Part shown: piece after piece, positions 52,001-60,900 of the stretch
Layout of the letters: the number at the start of each line of letters is the position of its first letter
How positions within the stretch are numbered: the first letter of the stretch is position 1
Assembly (NCBI GenBank): GCA_035328465.1
Contig: DAOLIQ010000003.1
Span: forward strand, 3,976 to 67,975
Origin: Ignavibacteriaceae bacterium
GTDB lineage: Bacteria > Bacteroidota > Ignavibacteria > Ignavibacteriales > Ignavibacteriaceae
Direction of reading: 5' to 3'
DNA length: 64,000 nt
Translations under genes and position numbers: made by a program
The notes under the pieces: generated by a model
What the model was told of the DNA's origin: nothing
Databases searched by the model: none
What the model saw: only the letters and a program-made list of their open reading frames with translations

Positions 52001-52308
52001 TCGCCGTTTCTTCCTTCCATCAATGAAGTAACGCCGCTGCTCGAAATAGAATTTTTATCATTTGGATTATTAGAATAGACAGTAAAATTATAACCATCAT
52101 ATTTATTTAAACCATTCACTGTTGCAAACCACATGTACCCTTTTTTATCTTGAAGAATTTCAACAATTGTGCTCTGCGAAAGCCCGTCTTCAATTTTAAG
52201 CTGCTTGAAAATATAATCACCTGTGGAATTACTCTTGGGTGAATTTGCAAAGCAGATTCCGCAAACAGAAAATATTATTGCGGGAAATATGTTTGTGAAG
52301 AATTTCAT
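49069..52308 (-). CDS. Sensor histidine kinase with periplasmic two-component-regulator propeller repeats plus a Y_Y_Y domain, TM helix, HisKA_3 and HATPase_c
   Basis: Signal peptide; more than 12 repeats of the W(I/F)GT..GGLN.F type; NNYQYRLQGLEEEW (Y_Y_Y); TM WWFSLILIITAAAAIYYL; LAADLHDNVGSGL (HisKA_3); ATPase N and G boxes. Confidence 0.9.
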   Translation of the reverse strand: MKFFTNIFPAIIFSVCGICFANSPKSNSTGDYIFKQLKIEDGLSQSTIVEILQDKKGYMWFATVNGLNKYDGYNFTVYSNNPNDKNSISSSGVTSLMEGRNGDLWVGTVDGNINLFNRDNETFKRFIITDNNELPSSGLNDYYEYPIVFSRNLTNTITSIAEDKSDFLWIGTWGKGVFRFNKKTGKKQHFFFQENIKGTLSHNRITKILVDEENSIWVATFGGGLNKIIPDNNGGYEFFSFQHSKQNIKSISDDKIISLYLDNNKNLWIGTYFGGVNFLSASLKNSDSHNIFFKNFRLEESTSNCLCNNTVMAITQTSDNYYWFGTLGGGLDRFDFSSDSFRHFVNDPNDDNSLVDNDVISLYQDRSGILWIGTHVGEGISRLEMNTAKFNILRNKPGEMNSLNDNVIWAIHEDSKNNLWFGTYRGGLNYFHRSENKFSHYLFDEHNSNSLSDNHIRSLEEDDKDNLWIGTYSGGLVKFNKKTKTFTAFKNNPKDETSIGSNQVQDIFYDDNSVIWIGTFGGGLNKLVAQQGDGRSGILFKRYTHDPNNKFSISDNRIYKIYKDRTGIFWIATFGGGLNKFDLVTEKFYHYQHDPANKNSLSDDRVMSIYEDEAGTLWIGTFGGGLNKFDRKTGKFFNFSKDDGLNSSVVYGILEDSHSNLWMSTDDGIYKFGIRDQFFSHYDLQDGLQSMEFSGGAYYKSKFGEMFFGGINGINYFFPDSIKDNPYKPPVVITSIRILNKLVKGEKKSLQLKYNENFLTFEFASLDYTNPSDNNYQYRLQGLEEEWNSVDASMRFANYTNLTPGKYTFEVRGSNNDNVWSENTASISIIITPPFWRTWWFSLILIITAAAAIYYLSTIRVKNLLAIEKLKSKLAADLHDNVGSGLTEISILSEVAAKNNLKNSVNLSEELQLISNTARTLVDNMSDIVWMVNPNRDSLYDLILRLKDAYKEPLYNLGISIKTSNLEKIKDIKLQMEYRQNLFLIFKESINNAIKHSQCTNIFLEVNFHSDVLEINLVDNGIGFDLQAVSNGNGLTNMSNRAEAIGGKIKMKSVLNKGTTIKFIGKISSQSRLLSFFNK

Positions 52309-52443
52309 TTTGATAGTTCGTAAAGATGATTTTGATTTGCTTCAAAGATAGGATTGATTACGCTTCTTATCAAGCATAATAATTATAGCTAAAAGAGTGA
52401 TTATTATTAGAAATTTAAAATCAATAGAGATTTACCAACTAAA

Positions 52444-53085
52444 CTAAAAATCGATTAGCTTATTCTGAATGACGTACTGAGTTAATTCCACATTGGATTT
52501 AAGATTGACCTTTTCAAAGACACGATTACGATAGGAATAGACAGTATGAATGCTAATGCTTAGTTCTTCAGATATTTCCTCGGCGCTTTTACCGGCTGCT
52601 ATCATACACATTATTTGAAATTCTCTATCCGATAATGCTTCGTGAGGCAGGGGTTTAGATTTGTGTGTAATATCAATAGCGAGTTTTGCTGCAAGAACTT
52701 CGTTAATATATTTCTTACCCGAAACAATTTTCCGGATTGCAATTACTAGCTCTCCCGGAGCACTAACTTTTTTTAAATAACCATCGGCTCCGGCTTTTAT
52801 TGCTCGCAGTCCATATTGTTCTTCGCTGAACATACTTAAAATTAGTACCGGTAGATCAGGATAAAAACTTTTTAGATCTTTTAGAACTTCTAGCCCGTTT
52901 TTGCCGGGCATATTAATATCTAAAATGATAATACTGAAATTATTTTTTTTAACTCTTAAGATTTCAAGCAATTCGGTACCGTCTTTTGCTTCGGCGGAGA
53001 CGCACATGTCTTTCTCTTCTGCAACGATCTGTTTAAGCCCTTCACGTACGATGGCATGATCATCGGCAATGAGAATGTTAATCAT
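52444..53085 (-). CDS. NarL/LuxR-family response regulator
   Basis: Receiver (IADDH, IILDINMPGKNG, GYLKK) plus a LuxR HTH (LSDREFQIMCMIAAGKSAEEISEELSISIHTVYSYRNRVFEKV). 8-nt overlap with the upstream kinase. Confidence 0.93.
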   Translation of the reverse strand: MINILIADDHAIVREGLKQIVAEEKDMCVSAEAKDGTELLEILRVKKNNFSIIILDINMPGKNGLEVLKDLKSFYPDLPVLILSMFSEEQYGLRAIKAGADGYLKKVSAPGELVIAIRKIVSGKKYINEVLAAKLAIDITHKSKPLPHEALSDREFQIMCMIAAGKSAEEISEELSISIHTVYSYRNRVFEKVNLKSNVELTQYVIQNKLIDF

Positions 53086-54535
53086 TTTTGTTTTCCAGTT
53101 TACTGTAAGGAATTTCTACTCTTACTTTTGTGCCCTTTCCGGGAAACCCTTCAATATAAACAGAGCCGCCGAACAGCACTGCACGTTCTTTCATTCCCAA
53201 AATTCCAAGCGATTGAACGGCATTTAATTGAGTTTCAGAAATCCCCCTGCCATTATCAATAATTTCAAGAATAAGATATGATTTTTCTATTTTTAAGATA
53301 ATATGAACAAGTGAAGCATTTGCATGCCTTGCAACGTTGGTTAACGCTTCCTGAAAAATTCTAAAAACTGCTGTAGATTTTTCACTATCAAGACATATTT
53401 CATCAGAAGGAAAAATAAATTCACTTCGGATTCCTGTTCTTTCGCTGAGTTCCTGGCTTTGCCATTCAATCGCCGCAACAAGTCCAAGTTCATCTAATAT
53501 TCCGGGTCTAAGCTTTGCACAAATTTTTTGAACCGTCTCAACCGTTTGATCAATCAAAGCTGAGACTGAATCAAATTTATCTTTTAAAGGTTGTTGATCT
53601 TCGTTTAATTTTTTTGAAAGTAGTGAAATCTGAATTTTGAGTACAGTCAACACCTGCCCAAGTTCATCATGAATTTCTCTTGCAATCATTGTTCGCTCTT
53701 CTTCACGAACAAATTGAAGATGAGATGCCAGGTCCCTTAATCTTTTACTTGTTCGCTTAAGTTTTTCATCAGCTATTTTTCTTTCAGTAATATCTCTTGC
53801 AACAGAAAGGATAGTTTGTTTGGAATTATACTGGAAAAGATGAGCGCTAATTTCTACAGGAAAAGTTCGTCTGTCTTTTGCACGATGCACCAGTTCAAAG
53901 ATTACATCTTTCATAGAAAAAAGTTTTTCCATTATCGAGGTATATTCATTTATCATTTGCGGCGGGATAATTGCCGAAGGACTTAGCATCAAAAATTCTT
54001 CGCGCTGATAGCCAAGCCTTTCGCAGGCAACATCGTTAACTTCAATAAATCTTCCATAAGAACTTCCCTGTTCAAGCTGAATGACAAACACGGCATCGTT
54101 TGTGTTGTTAAAAAGCATCCGGTAACGTTTTTCACTTTCTTTTATTTCCAGTTCTGTTTTTTTTCGTGCGGTTACATCCTTAATGATGCTAAGAGTTACT
54201 TTATCTGCATCGGGTAATTGCAGAAAAGAGTTGGAAAAATCGAACCAAACTTTTTTTCCATTAAGAAGTGTATTCTCTCGTTCAAAATGAGTACGCATTC
54301 TATTATTAATAAAATCTTCACGATAAACTTTAAGAACAGCCTCTCTTTCCGAAGGGTGATAAACATCAGAAAATAACTTACCGATTAGATATTCTTTTTC
54401 TAGATTTACCATTTTGCAATACGGCTGATTAACCATAATAATATTTCCATGCCCATCAATCAGCCTCAATCCATCTACTGAGCATTCCCAGATCAACTCT
54501 AATAGTTCGGTGGATTTATTAATCAGCTCATTCAT
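53078..54535 (-). CDS. Cytoplasmic PAS-PAS sensor histidine kinase (HisKA_3 type)
   Basis: Two PAS domains, IAREIHDELGQVLTVLK (HisKA_3), and HATPase_c (EALTNVARHA, DNGRGI). Confidence 0.9.
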   Translation of the reverse strand: MNELINKSTELLELIWECSVDGLRLIDGHGNIIMVNQPYCKMVNLEKEYLIGKLFSDVYHPSEREAVLKVYREDFINNRMRTHFERENTLLNGKKVWFDFSNSFLQLPDADKVTLSIIKDVTARKKTELEIKESEKRYRMLFNNTNDAVFVIQLEQGSSYGRFIEVNDVACERLGYQREEFLMLSPSAIIPPQMINEYTSIMEKLFSMKDVIFELVHRAKDRRTFPVEISAHLFQYNSKQTILSVARDITERKIADEKLKRTSKRLRDLASHLQFVREEERTMIAREIHDELGQVLTVLKIQISLLSKKLNEDQQPLKDKFDSVSALIDQTVETVQKICAKLRPGILDELGLVAAIEWQSQELSERTGIRSEFIFPSDEICLDSEKSTAVFRIFQEALTNVARHANASLVHIILKIEKSYLILEIIDNGRGISETQLNAVQSLGILGMKERAVLFGGSVYIEGFPGKGTKVRVEIPYSKLENKND

Positions 54536-54582
54536 TTAATTTTTACTCAAGTATGTTTTCAACAATTCCTTTTCAAAAAAAA

Positions 54583-56190
54583 TTATTCACCATCTTTTAA
54601 TTTGAAACCTTTCATCATCCATTTCTTTGCAAGTATTAAGCCGATAGGACTCGTGATAGCAATTAGACCATAAAGCAGCCACATAAATTCAGTGTTCATT
54701 TTAGAAGGGTCAACATCTTTCGGGCAGTATTGAGTCAGCACCCACCCCGAATAAAAACCGGTTAATACTTTTGTAAGGAACCATGGAAATTGTCCCACAC
54801 CCATATAAAGTCCAGTCATATTTTTAGGTGCAACTTCGGCGATCCATTGCAGGAATCGAGGCTGCCACATTGATTCACCAATTGTCATTATTAAAACATA
54901 GAGTAAAAACAAGTACATGTTCGGCCCAACTGTAAGCAAAAATGTTGGTACTGACATTACTATTGTGCCGTAAATCATCATCTTATAAACATTTGCTTTA
55001 GAAGTTAAGCCCGCAACAATTGGTGCGAGAATAAAAACTAAAATTGGATTGAGGTTCGAGAATATTTCAAAGTATTCACTCACAACTGAGCCCTTAAACG
55101 CACGATCAAGATAGTAAGGAATTGTAAGCCAGTTGTGCGCGAATAAGGTTTGCACCGGTATAAGCATGAAGATAAAAAATGCAAATCTTTTATCTCGAAA
55201 TGGATGCTCGGGTCTTTTCCTGAGAAATTCAATAACAGCTAAAACAAATGCGACTAAAGAAAGGACAAAAAAGAAATCAATATTTACTGCTAATCCCAAA
55301 AGATTAAAACTAAAAAAGAAATTTGCAGGATTGTTAAAACCAAAGCCGGACAGAAGAAATAATCCTAGTGTAATTAAAGCGTAAATAATTAATGGGAGAT
55401 TATTTATTTTCAATTTTTCCTGCTTTACTTCATTCTCAGGAGGTTGATTTGTTTCTGCTTTTATTGATACCACTGCATCCTGATCATTTTTTTTACTTAA
55501 TAACGAAGCAGTTATGATCAGTGATATACCGGTTAATCCAACATAAACCCAAAAGACTGCTGTCAAGCCGTTTGGGGGAAATGAAGATTCAAAAGTTTGG
55601 CGTGTAAAAGATGAAATAAATCCTGAAAGGAATGCACCAAGATTCATCAATCCGTAGATTACTGCATAGCCCATTGCTGCGGTTTGCGGTGTTGTATAGC
55701 GTTTAACTCCGGCATAAGCTGCTGGTTGATACAAACCATAGAACATCACCATAACAAACAATCCGCCGATCATTGAGAAAAACATTGGCGACCATAAACC
55801 ATTCGAGAGGGGGAGTGTTCCAGAAAGTGAGATTAAAACGCGACCGATAAGCATTCCAACAAATGCAAGCAGCAAAGAATTTCTTACCCCAAGCTTATCG
55901 GAGAAACCACCAAATAGCAGCATCGAAAAAGTAATTCCTCCTGTTACAAAACTATAAACAAGACTTGATTGCGTATCAATTAAATCCACGTTTTCAGAAC
56001 CGAATTTCCCAAGTATAGTCAATATTCCAAAGTAAACTAAGCCTTCGATAATGTATGGAATGTTAACACCCCAAAGTGCTCTCGGTGCTTTAACAAATGC
56101 TATGAAAGTTTCTTTTAATTCTTTGAATGATTCTTTGATAACTTCAGAGAATGATTTTTTAACATGCTCTTCAGGGTTTGTTTGCTGCAT
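54583..56190 (-). CDS. MFS transporter (substrate unknown)
   Basis: 535 aa with ~14 predicted TM helices, an MFS-like loop GGFSDKLGVRNS between TM2 and TM3, and a central hydrophilic loop. Confidence 0.75.
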   Translation of the reverse strand: MQQTNPEEHVKKSFSEVIKESFKELKETFIAFVKAPRALWGVNIPYIIEGLVYFGILTILGKFGSENVDLIDTQSSLVYSFVTGGITFSMLLFGGFSDKLGVRNSLLLAFVGMLIGRVLISLSGTLPLSNGLWSPMFFSMIGGLFVMVMFYGLYQPAAYAGVKRYTTPQTAAMGYAVIYGLMNLGAFLSGFISSFTRQTFESSFPPNGLTAVFWVYVGLTGISLIITASLLSKKNDQDAVVSIKAETNQPPENEVKQEKLKINNLPLIIYALITLGLFLLSGFGFNNPANFFFSFNLLGLAVNIDFFFVLSLVAFVLAVIEFLRKRPEHPFRDKRFAFFIFMLIPVQTLFAHNWLTIPYYLDRAFKGSVVSEYFEIFSNLNPILVFILAPIVAGLTSKANVYKMMIYGTIVMSVPTFLLTVGPNMYLFLLYVLIMTIGESMWQPRFLQWIAEVAPKNMTGLYMGVGQFPWFLTKVLTGFYSGWVLTQYCPKDVDPSKMNTEFMWLLYGLIAITSPIGLILAKKWMMKGFKLKDGE

Positions 56191-56335
56191 AATACGAGTT
56201 CCTTTTTTGATGAATATTATTTAGTGATGAAATAGTTATCAAGGTAAGAAAATAATTTTGATTTGATTGTCCTGGTTCAACTGCATAATTAATCAAGAAG
56301 TAAAATATTTAATTTTAACTTACAGAATAAAATTA

Positions 56336-58219
56336 TTATTCTGCAAACGGAACTGTGAAAGTAAAATTACTTCCAATTCCTAATTGACTTTCAACCTGAA
56401 TATTTCCACCGTTCTTTTCAACAAATTCTTTTGAAAGGATTAATCCCAATCCCGTGCCTCTTTCTCCGTCAGTGCTTTCACCGCGGACTTGAGCATCAAG
56501 TCTAAAAAGTTTCTTTAAATCCTCTGCACTAATACCTTTGCCGGTATCAGCGATACTAACTGCAGCCGAGTCGTTGTGGATACTTACGCTTATTGTAATA
56601 GTTCCATATTCAGGAGTAAATTTAATTGAATTGTACAAAAGATTTCGAAGAACAGTCTCTATCATATTTGAATCGGCATATAAAGATTTATCAACAGAAA
56701 TATTTTTAATAATATTTAATTTTTTCTTGTTGGTAGCGTCGTCATAAAGATTTAAAACATTTTGCAAGGGAGATTCAATCTTAAAAATATTTTTATTCAC
56801 AGTCAGTCTTCCGGTTTGAAGTCTTGCCCAATCAAGAAGGTTAATCAAAAGTTTATAAACATTTTTAGCAGATCGGTGCAACCCGCCCAACACTTCTTTA
56901 ACTTCATCTTCGCTTAGTTCATCGTATGATTCGGAAAGATATTCGGAAAGCCCGAGCAATGAATTGAAAGGACTGCGAAGATCGTGGGAAATGATTGAGA
57001 AGAATTTATCTTTTGAAGCATTAAGCAGGCGAAGATTTTCTGCCAGTGCAGCAAGTTTTGATTCAGCCTCTTTTCTTGCCGTAATATCCTGAAATTGAAC
57101 AATGAAAAATGACTGGGAGTCGAGTATCTTAATTAGAGAAACATTAGTGACACACCAGACAATTTTTTTTTGACTATTCAAATACCTGCATTCATAATCA
57201 AGATATTCTCCTTTTTCTAAAGTAAGTAGTTCATAGAAAGATTTTTCATTCAATTCTCTATCTTCTTCAAAGGTCAGATTCAGTAAGTTAGATTGTAATA
57301 TTTCCGCTGAAGAATATAAAAGAGTATCACAAAAAGATTTATTTACTCGAATGAATGAGCCGTTAGACTTAAGCATTGCCATACCGATTCCCGCATTATC
57401 AAATGTCTTTCTGAAAATTTCTTCGCTTTTCTTAATTGTTTCCTCATTGAGTTTTCGGTTTGTGATATCTACAGCGGTTCCAAGGTAATAGAAAGAATTA
57501 TCCTTTCTGGAGACTTGTTTTTTAGATGCACACGAAACCCACATTATGCTTCCATCTTTTTTCAAAACTTTAAGTTCGAGTTCTTCTCCCTCGTTATAAA
57601 TTGGAGCTGAAGAATTTATTATTTCTAATACCTTATTGCGATCATCAGGATGAATTAACGAAAGAAAATCTTCAACTCTGTTTAAGGGTTCTAAATCTGA
57701 ATAACCTAATAGATGTTTCAAGCTGTCATCAGCAAAAAGTCTTTTTTCAGAGGGGTAATATTCCCATATCCCTGTTTTGCCTGCACGAACAGCGAGAGCA
57801 AGACGCTGCTCACTTTGTTTTATTTTTAATTCCATCGCGTGCTTGAATAATGCAAGCTCCACCGTTCGTTCGAGTTCTTTGCTTTCGAAAGGTTTAATTA
57901 AATAGCCGAAAGGCATAATCTCTTTGGCTTTTTGAAATGTATTTTCATCAGCGTACGAAGTAAGAAAAATCACGGGAATATTTATCCCCCCCTGAATTTT
58001 TTTTGCGGCTTCAATTCCATCAGACTTCCCTTTAAGTTTAATATCCATTAAAACAATATCAGGTTTTAATTCTGAGGTAAACTTAAAAGCATCTTCCGCA
58101 TTATTAGCAATTTTATCAACAATATAACCGCAGCTCTCAAGGCGTTTTTTAATATTATTAGCAACGATAGTTTCATCTTCAACAACAAGAATACTTATCT
58201 TGTCTTTTAAATTATTCAT
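56336..58219 (-). CDS. Receiver-PAS-PAS-HisKA-HATPase_c histidine kinase (N-terminal REC)
   Basis: Canonical REC (VVEDE, VLMDIKLKGKSDG, LIKPF), two PAS domains, H-box SIISHDLRSPFN, ATPase G-boxes DTGKGI and GTGLGL. Confidence 0.92.
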   Translation of the reverse strand: MNNLKDKISILVVEDETIVANNIKKRLESCGYIVDKIANNAEDAFKFTSELKPDIVLMDIKLKGKSDGIEAAKKIQGGINIPVIFLTSYADENTFQKAKEIMPFGYLIKPFESKELERTVELALFKHAMELKIKQSEQRLALAVRAGKTGIWEYYPSEKRLFADDSLKHLLGYSDLEPLNRVEDFLSLIHPDDRNKVLEIINSSAPIYNEGEELELKVLKKDGSIMWVSCASKKQVSRKDNSFYYLGTAVDITNRKLNEETIKKSEEIFRKTFDNAGIGMAMLKSNGSFIRVNKSFCDTLLYSSAEILQSNLLNLTFEEDRELNEKSFYELLTLEKGEYLDYECRYLNSQKKIVWCVTNVSLIKILDSQSFFIVQFQDITARKEAESKLAALAENLRLLNASKDKFFSIISHDLRSPFNSLLGLSEYLSESYDELSEDEVKEVLGGLHRSAKNVYKLLINLLDWARLQTGRLTVNKNIFKIESPLQNVLNLYDDATNKKKLNIIKNISVDKSLYADSNMIETVLRNLLYNSIKFTPEYGTITISVSIHNDSAAVSIADTGKGISAEDLKKLFRLDAQVRGESTDGERGTGLGLILSKEFVEKNGGNIQVESQLGIGSNFTFTVPFAE

Positions 58220-60846
58220 TTCAGGTTCTCATCTTTCCAAATTATTCTAAACCCCGTCCCTAAGTTATTTGCTCTTGTCAACTTGCCGTTTAAGTTTTGA
58301 GTAAGCATTCCAATTAGTTGAAGCCCGAGTGATTGAGAGTTTTCAATGTCGTAATCTTTTGGAATACCGATGCCATTATCAGCAATGCAAAGTTCATATT
58401 CAGTTTCATTTATCCTTTTAAATTTCAAAGAGATTCTTGGTTCTTCAATATTGCATGAGGAGGGGAAAGCATATTTTAATGAGTTTGAAATTAGTTCGCT
58501 TATTATCATTCCGCAAGGAATGGCGCTGTCTATCGGCAGTTTGATATCTTCAACTTCAATTTCAAATTCAGGTTCACCGGAATATTTTATGTAAGAATTA
58601 TAAAGATAATCTACCAATGTTGTGATATAATCTTTCATGTCAATCTGGCTGAAGTCGCCTGTTTGATAAAGTTTTTCATGAATGAGTGCCATCGAACGAA
58701 CTCTATCTTTGAGATTCTGAAAGAATTTAAACAACTCTTTACTCTCCACTGATTCTAATTGCAGATCAAGCAAACTATAAATAATCTGGAGATTATTTTT
58801 TACACGGTGATGGATCTCCCTCAAAAGTACTTCCTTTTCCTGTAAAGATTTTTGTAAAGCTTCTTCAGCGGCTTTGGTTTCAGTAATATCAATAACAGCG
58901 GCAAAAATATTCTCTTGTTTTTCGCCAAGCAAAATAAAGCCAATCAGTACCCAAACTTTGGTGCCATCTTTTCTGATATATTGTTTTTGATAAGGCGTGC
59001 ACCTCCCTTTGCGCTGTGCTTCTAAGATTTTCTCCGTTTCGATTGGATAAAATTCTTCCGGAGTAATCAACCTGCAATTGAAATATGGTGACCCGATATC
59101 ACTTCTAACGAAACCAGTGATGTTTAAGAAAGCATCATTTACTTCAAGAATATTTCCGTGTCTGTCAGACATCATTGTTCCTAAAATGCCAGACTGAATT
59201 AAAGCGCGAAGTTTTTCTTCGGTTTTAAATAAAGCATCTTCAGCCAATTTTGTTTCGGTAACATCTTTTGCGATTGAGAGGATTCCCGTTTTTCCATTTT
59301 CAAGTTGAATTACAGTTTCGATTAATTCGAGGAAGCAGATACTTCCATCTTTGCGGATATTCTTAACAAGATGCTGTAGTCGTTTGTTCTCAATAATCTT
59401 TCTAATGTTTAATTCAATTGATTTCAAATTTTGATTGAAGGAAATTATTTGAACATTTTTCCCTACTAATTCTTCTTTGGTGTATCCTAAAATCTGACAA
59501 ATAGCTTCGTTTACTTCGAGAATATTTCCATTGACATCAATAAATAAAATACCAGTTGGAAGTAAGCTGAATAAAGTTCGATACAACGATTCACTTTTTT
59601 TCAGCTTATCCATTGCAAATTTCCGAAGACTGATATCTCTGAAATAATAAATGCCGTAATCTTCATCACCAATTTTAATTCTTGAATAATCTGCTTCTAC
59701 AGAAAAAACAGATTTATCTTTTCTGATTCCCTCGAATTCAAATATTCTGTGATTCATTTCTTCGGGGGATTGATTTTCTAAATCACTAAAAAATTCTTCT
59801 GATTTATCCATGCTTAATACTGCAGGAGACTTCCCTGTCAATTCGCTGTTGGAATGAATTAAGAAATCTTTTCGTAGTGATTCATTCGCGTACAATATTT
59901 TATTACTTTTTACAATAATAATTCCATCACGAGAAGTCTTAAATACGGCATTAAACCATTCCCTGCTAATCCAAAGTTCTTCTTTCTGAGATATTTGTTT
60001 CTCTAAATTTTCAATTAGGGAAGCTGAAAGTTTTAAATTCTCATAATCATTTTCGGAAGGAATAAAATCGTTTGTAAATAATGTGCACAGCGTTCCGATG
60101 TGCTTGCCTTCAAGATTTATCGCTTTGCCGAAATAAGTTTTAAAATTACTAATCGCAGGAGCGGATAAATAATATTTTGTTGAAGGTAAATTTCTAATCA
60201 ATACACAGTCATTCTTTCTTGATGTAATAACATCAAAACAAATATGTCCTTTCGCAACATCAACCGGGACAAAATCATCTGGCACATTCCATTTGCCAAC
60301 GGAGAATAAAAGGTCATTATTCAAACGGTTATAAAAAGCTGCTGATGCATTAATCGCTTTGCCGAATCCTTCAACTAATAGATTAATATTTCTTATTGGA
60401 TCAAGTTCAAACTGTTCGATTGATTTTCGGATAAGCGATAAACCCTTAGCATTGCTTTTTGATTTAATATGACTCGAAGATTTGGTTTGAAATTTATCTA
60501 TAGCATTTTTTATTTCAGTTACCTTAAATGGCGACAAAATAATTTCTGAGTTGAAGCCCGATAGGTTTGTATCATCAATTTTGATTTTACGATTGGTAAT
60601 AAAGATAATCGGGTTATTTTTTGCAGGCTTGAATTGTGAAATTGTTTTAATCATCTCGTTATGATTTGATGATGTTAGTTCACACAGAATTATTACCTGC
60701 TTTTTATTATTGAGTTTCGGAAAGTTTTTACTTCGGTATGAAATTACATTCGCGGGACTTTCAATGATTTTCTCGATTTTAACTCTAAGCCTGTTGCCAG
60801 ACTTTAGCGTATCCGAAAGTATTATAATGTTTTTATTAGTTTCCAT
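58216..60846 (-). CDS. Degenerate-receiver-GAF-PAS(x3)-HisKA_2-HATPase_c sensor histidine kinase
   Basis: H-box EIHHRVKNNLQII (HisKA_2/HWE-like), three PAS domains and a GAF-like segment. The N-terminal REC-like fold lacks the acceptor Asp. ATGA overlap with the downstream kinase. Confidence 0.88.
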   Translation of the reverse strand: METNKNIIILSDTLKSGNRLRVKIEKIIESPANVISYRSKNFPKLNNKKQVIILCELTSSNHNEMIKTISQFKPAKNNPIIFITNRKIKIDDTNLSGFNSEIILSPFKVTEIKNAIDKFQTKSSSHIKSKSNAKGLSLIRKSIEQFELDPIRNINLLVEGFGKAINASAAFYNRLNNDLLFSVGKWNVPDDFVPVDVAKGHICFDVITSRKNDCVLIRNLPSTKYYLSAPAISNFKTYFGKAINLEGKHIGTLCTLFTNDFIPSENDYENLKLSASLIENLEKQISQKEELWISREWFNAVFKTSRDGIIIVKSNKILYANESLRKDFLIHSNSELTGKSPAVLSMDKSEEFFSDLENQSPEEMNHRIFEFEGIRKDKSVFSVEADYSRIKIGDEDYGIYYFRDISLRKFAMDKLKKSESLYRTLFSLLPTGILFIDVNGNILEVNEAICQILGYTKEELVGKNVQIISFNQNLKSIELNIRKIIENKRLQHLVKNIRKDGSICFLELIETVIQLENGKTGILSIAKDVTETKLAEDALFKTEEKLRALIQSGILGTMMSDRHGNILEVNDAFLNITGFVRSDIGSPYFNCRLITPEEFYPIETEKILEAQRKGRCTPYQKQYIRKDGTKVWVLIGFILLGEKQENIFAAVIDITETKAAEEALQKSLQEKEVLLREIHHRVKNNLQIIYSLLDLQLESVESKELFKFFQNLKDRVRSMALIHEKLYQTGDFSQIDMKDYITTLVDYLYNSYIKYSGEPEFEIEVEDIKLPIDSAIPCGMIISELISNSLKYAFPSSCNIEEPRISLKFKRINETEYELCIADNGIGIPKDYDIENSQSLGLQLIGMLTQNLNGKLTRANNLGTGFRIIWKDENLK

Positions 60847-60900
60847 CTCTTTAATGTAGAGATTTCAAATTTTTATCACCAAAAAAATTGCTTAAACGAA

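Noticed and set aside
49069-52308. Recurrent CCGCCGCCAAA-type DNA motif every ~130-190 nt
   Set aside because: The motif encodes the repeated FGGGLN blade of the propeller domain on the minus strand. It is a protein repeat with variable spacing and divergent flanks, not a CRISPR array.
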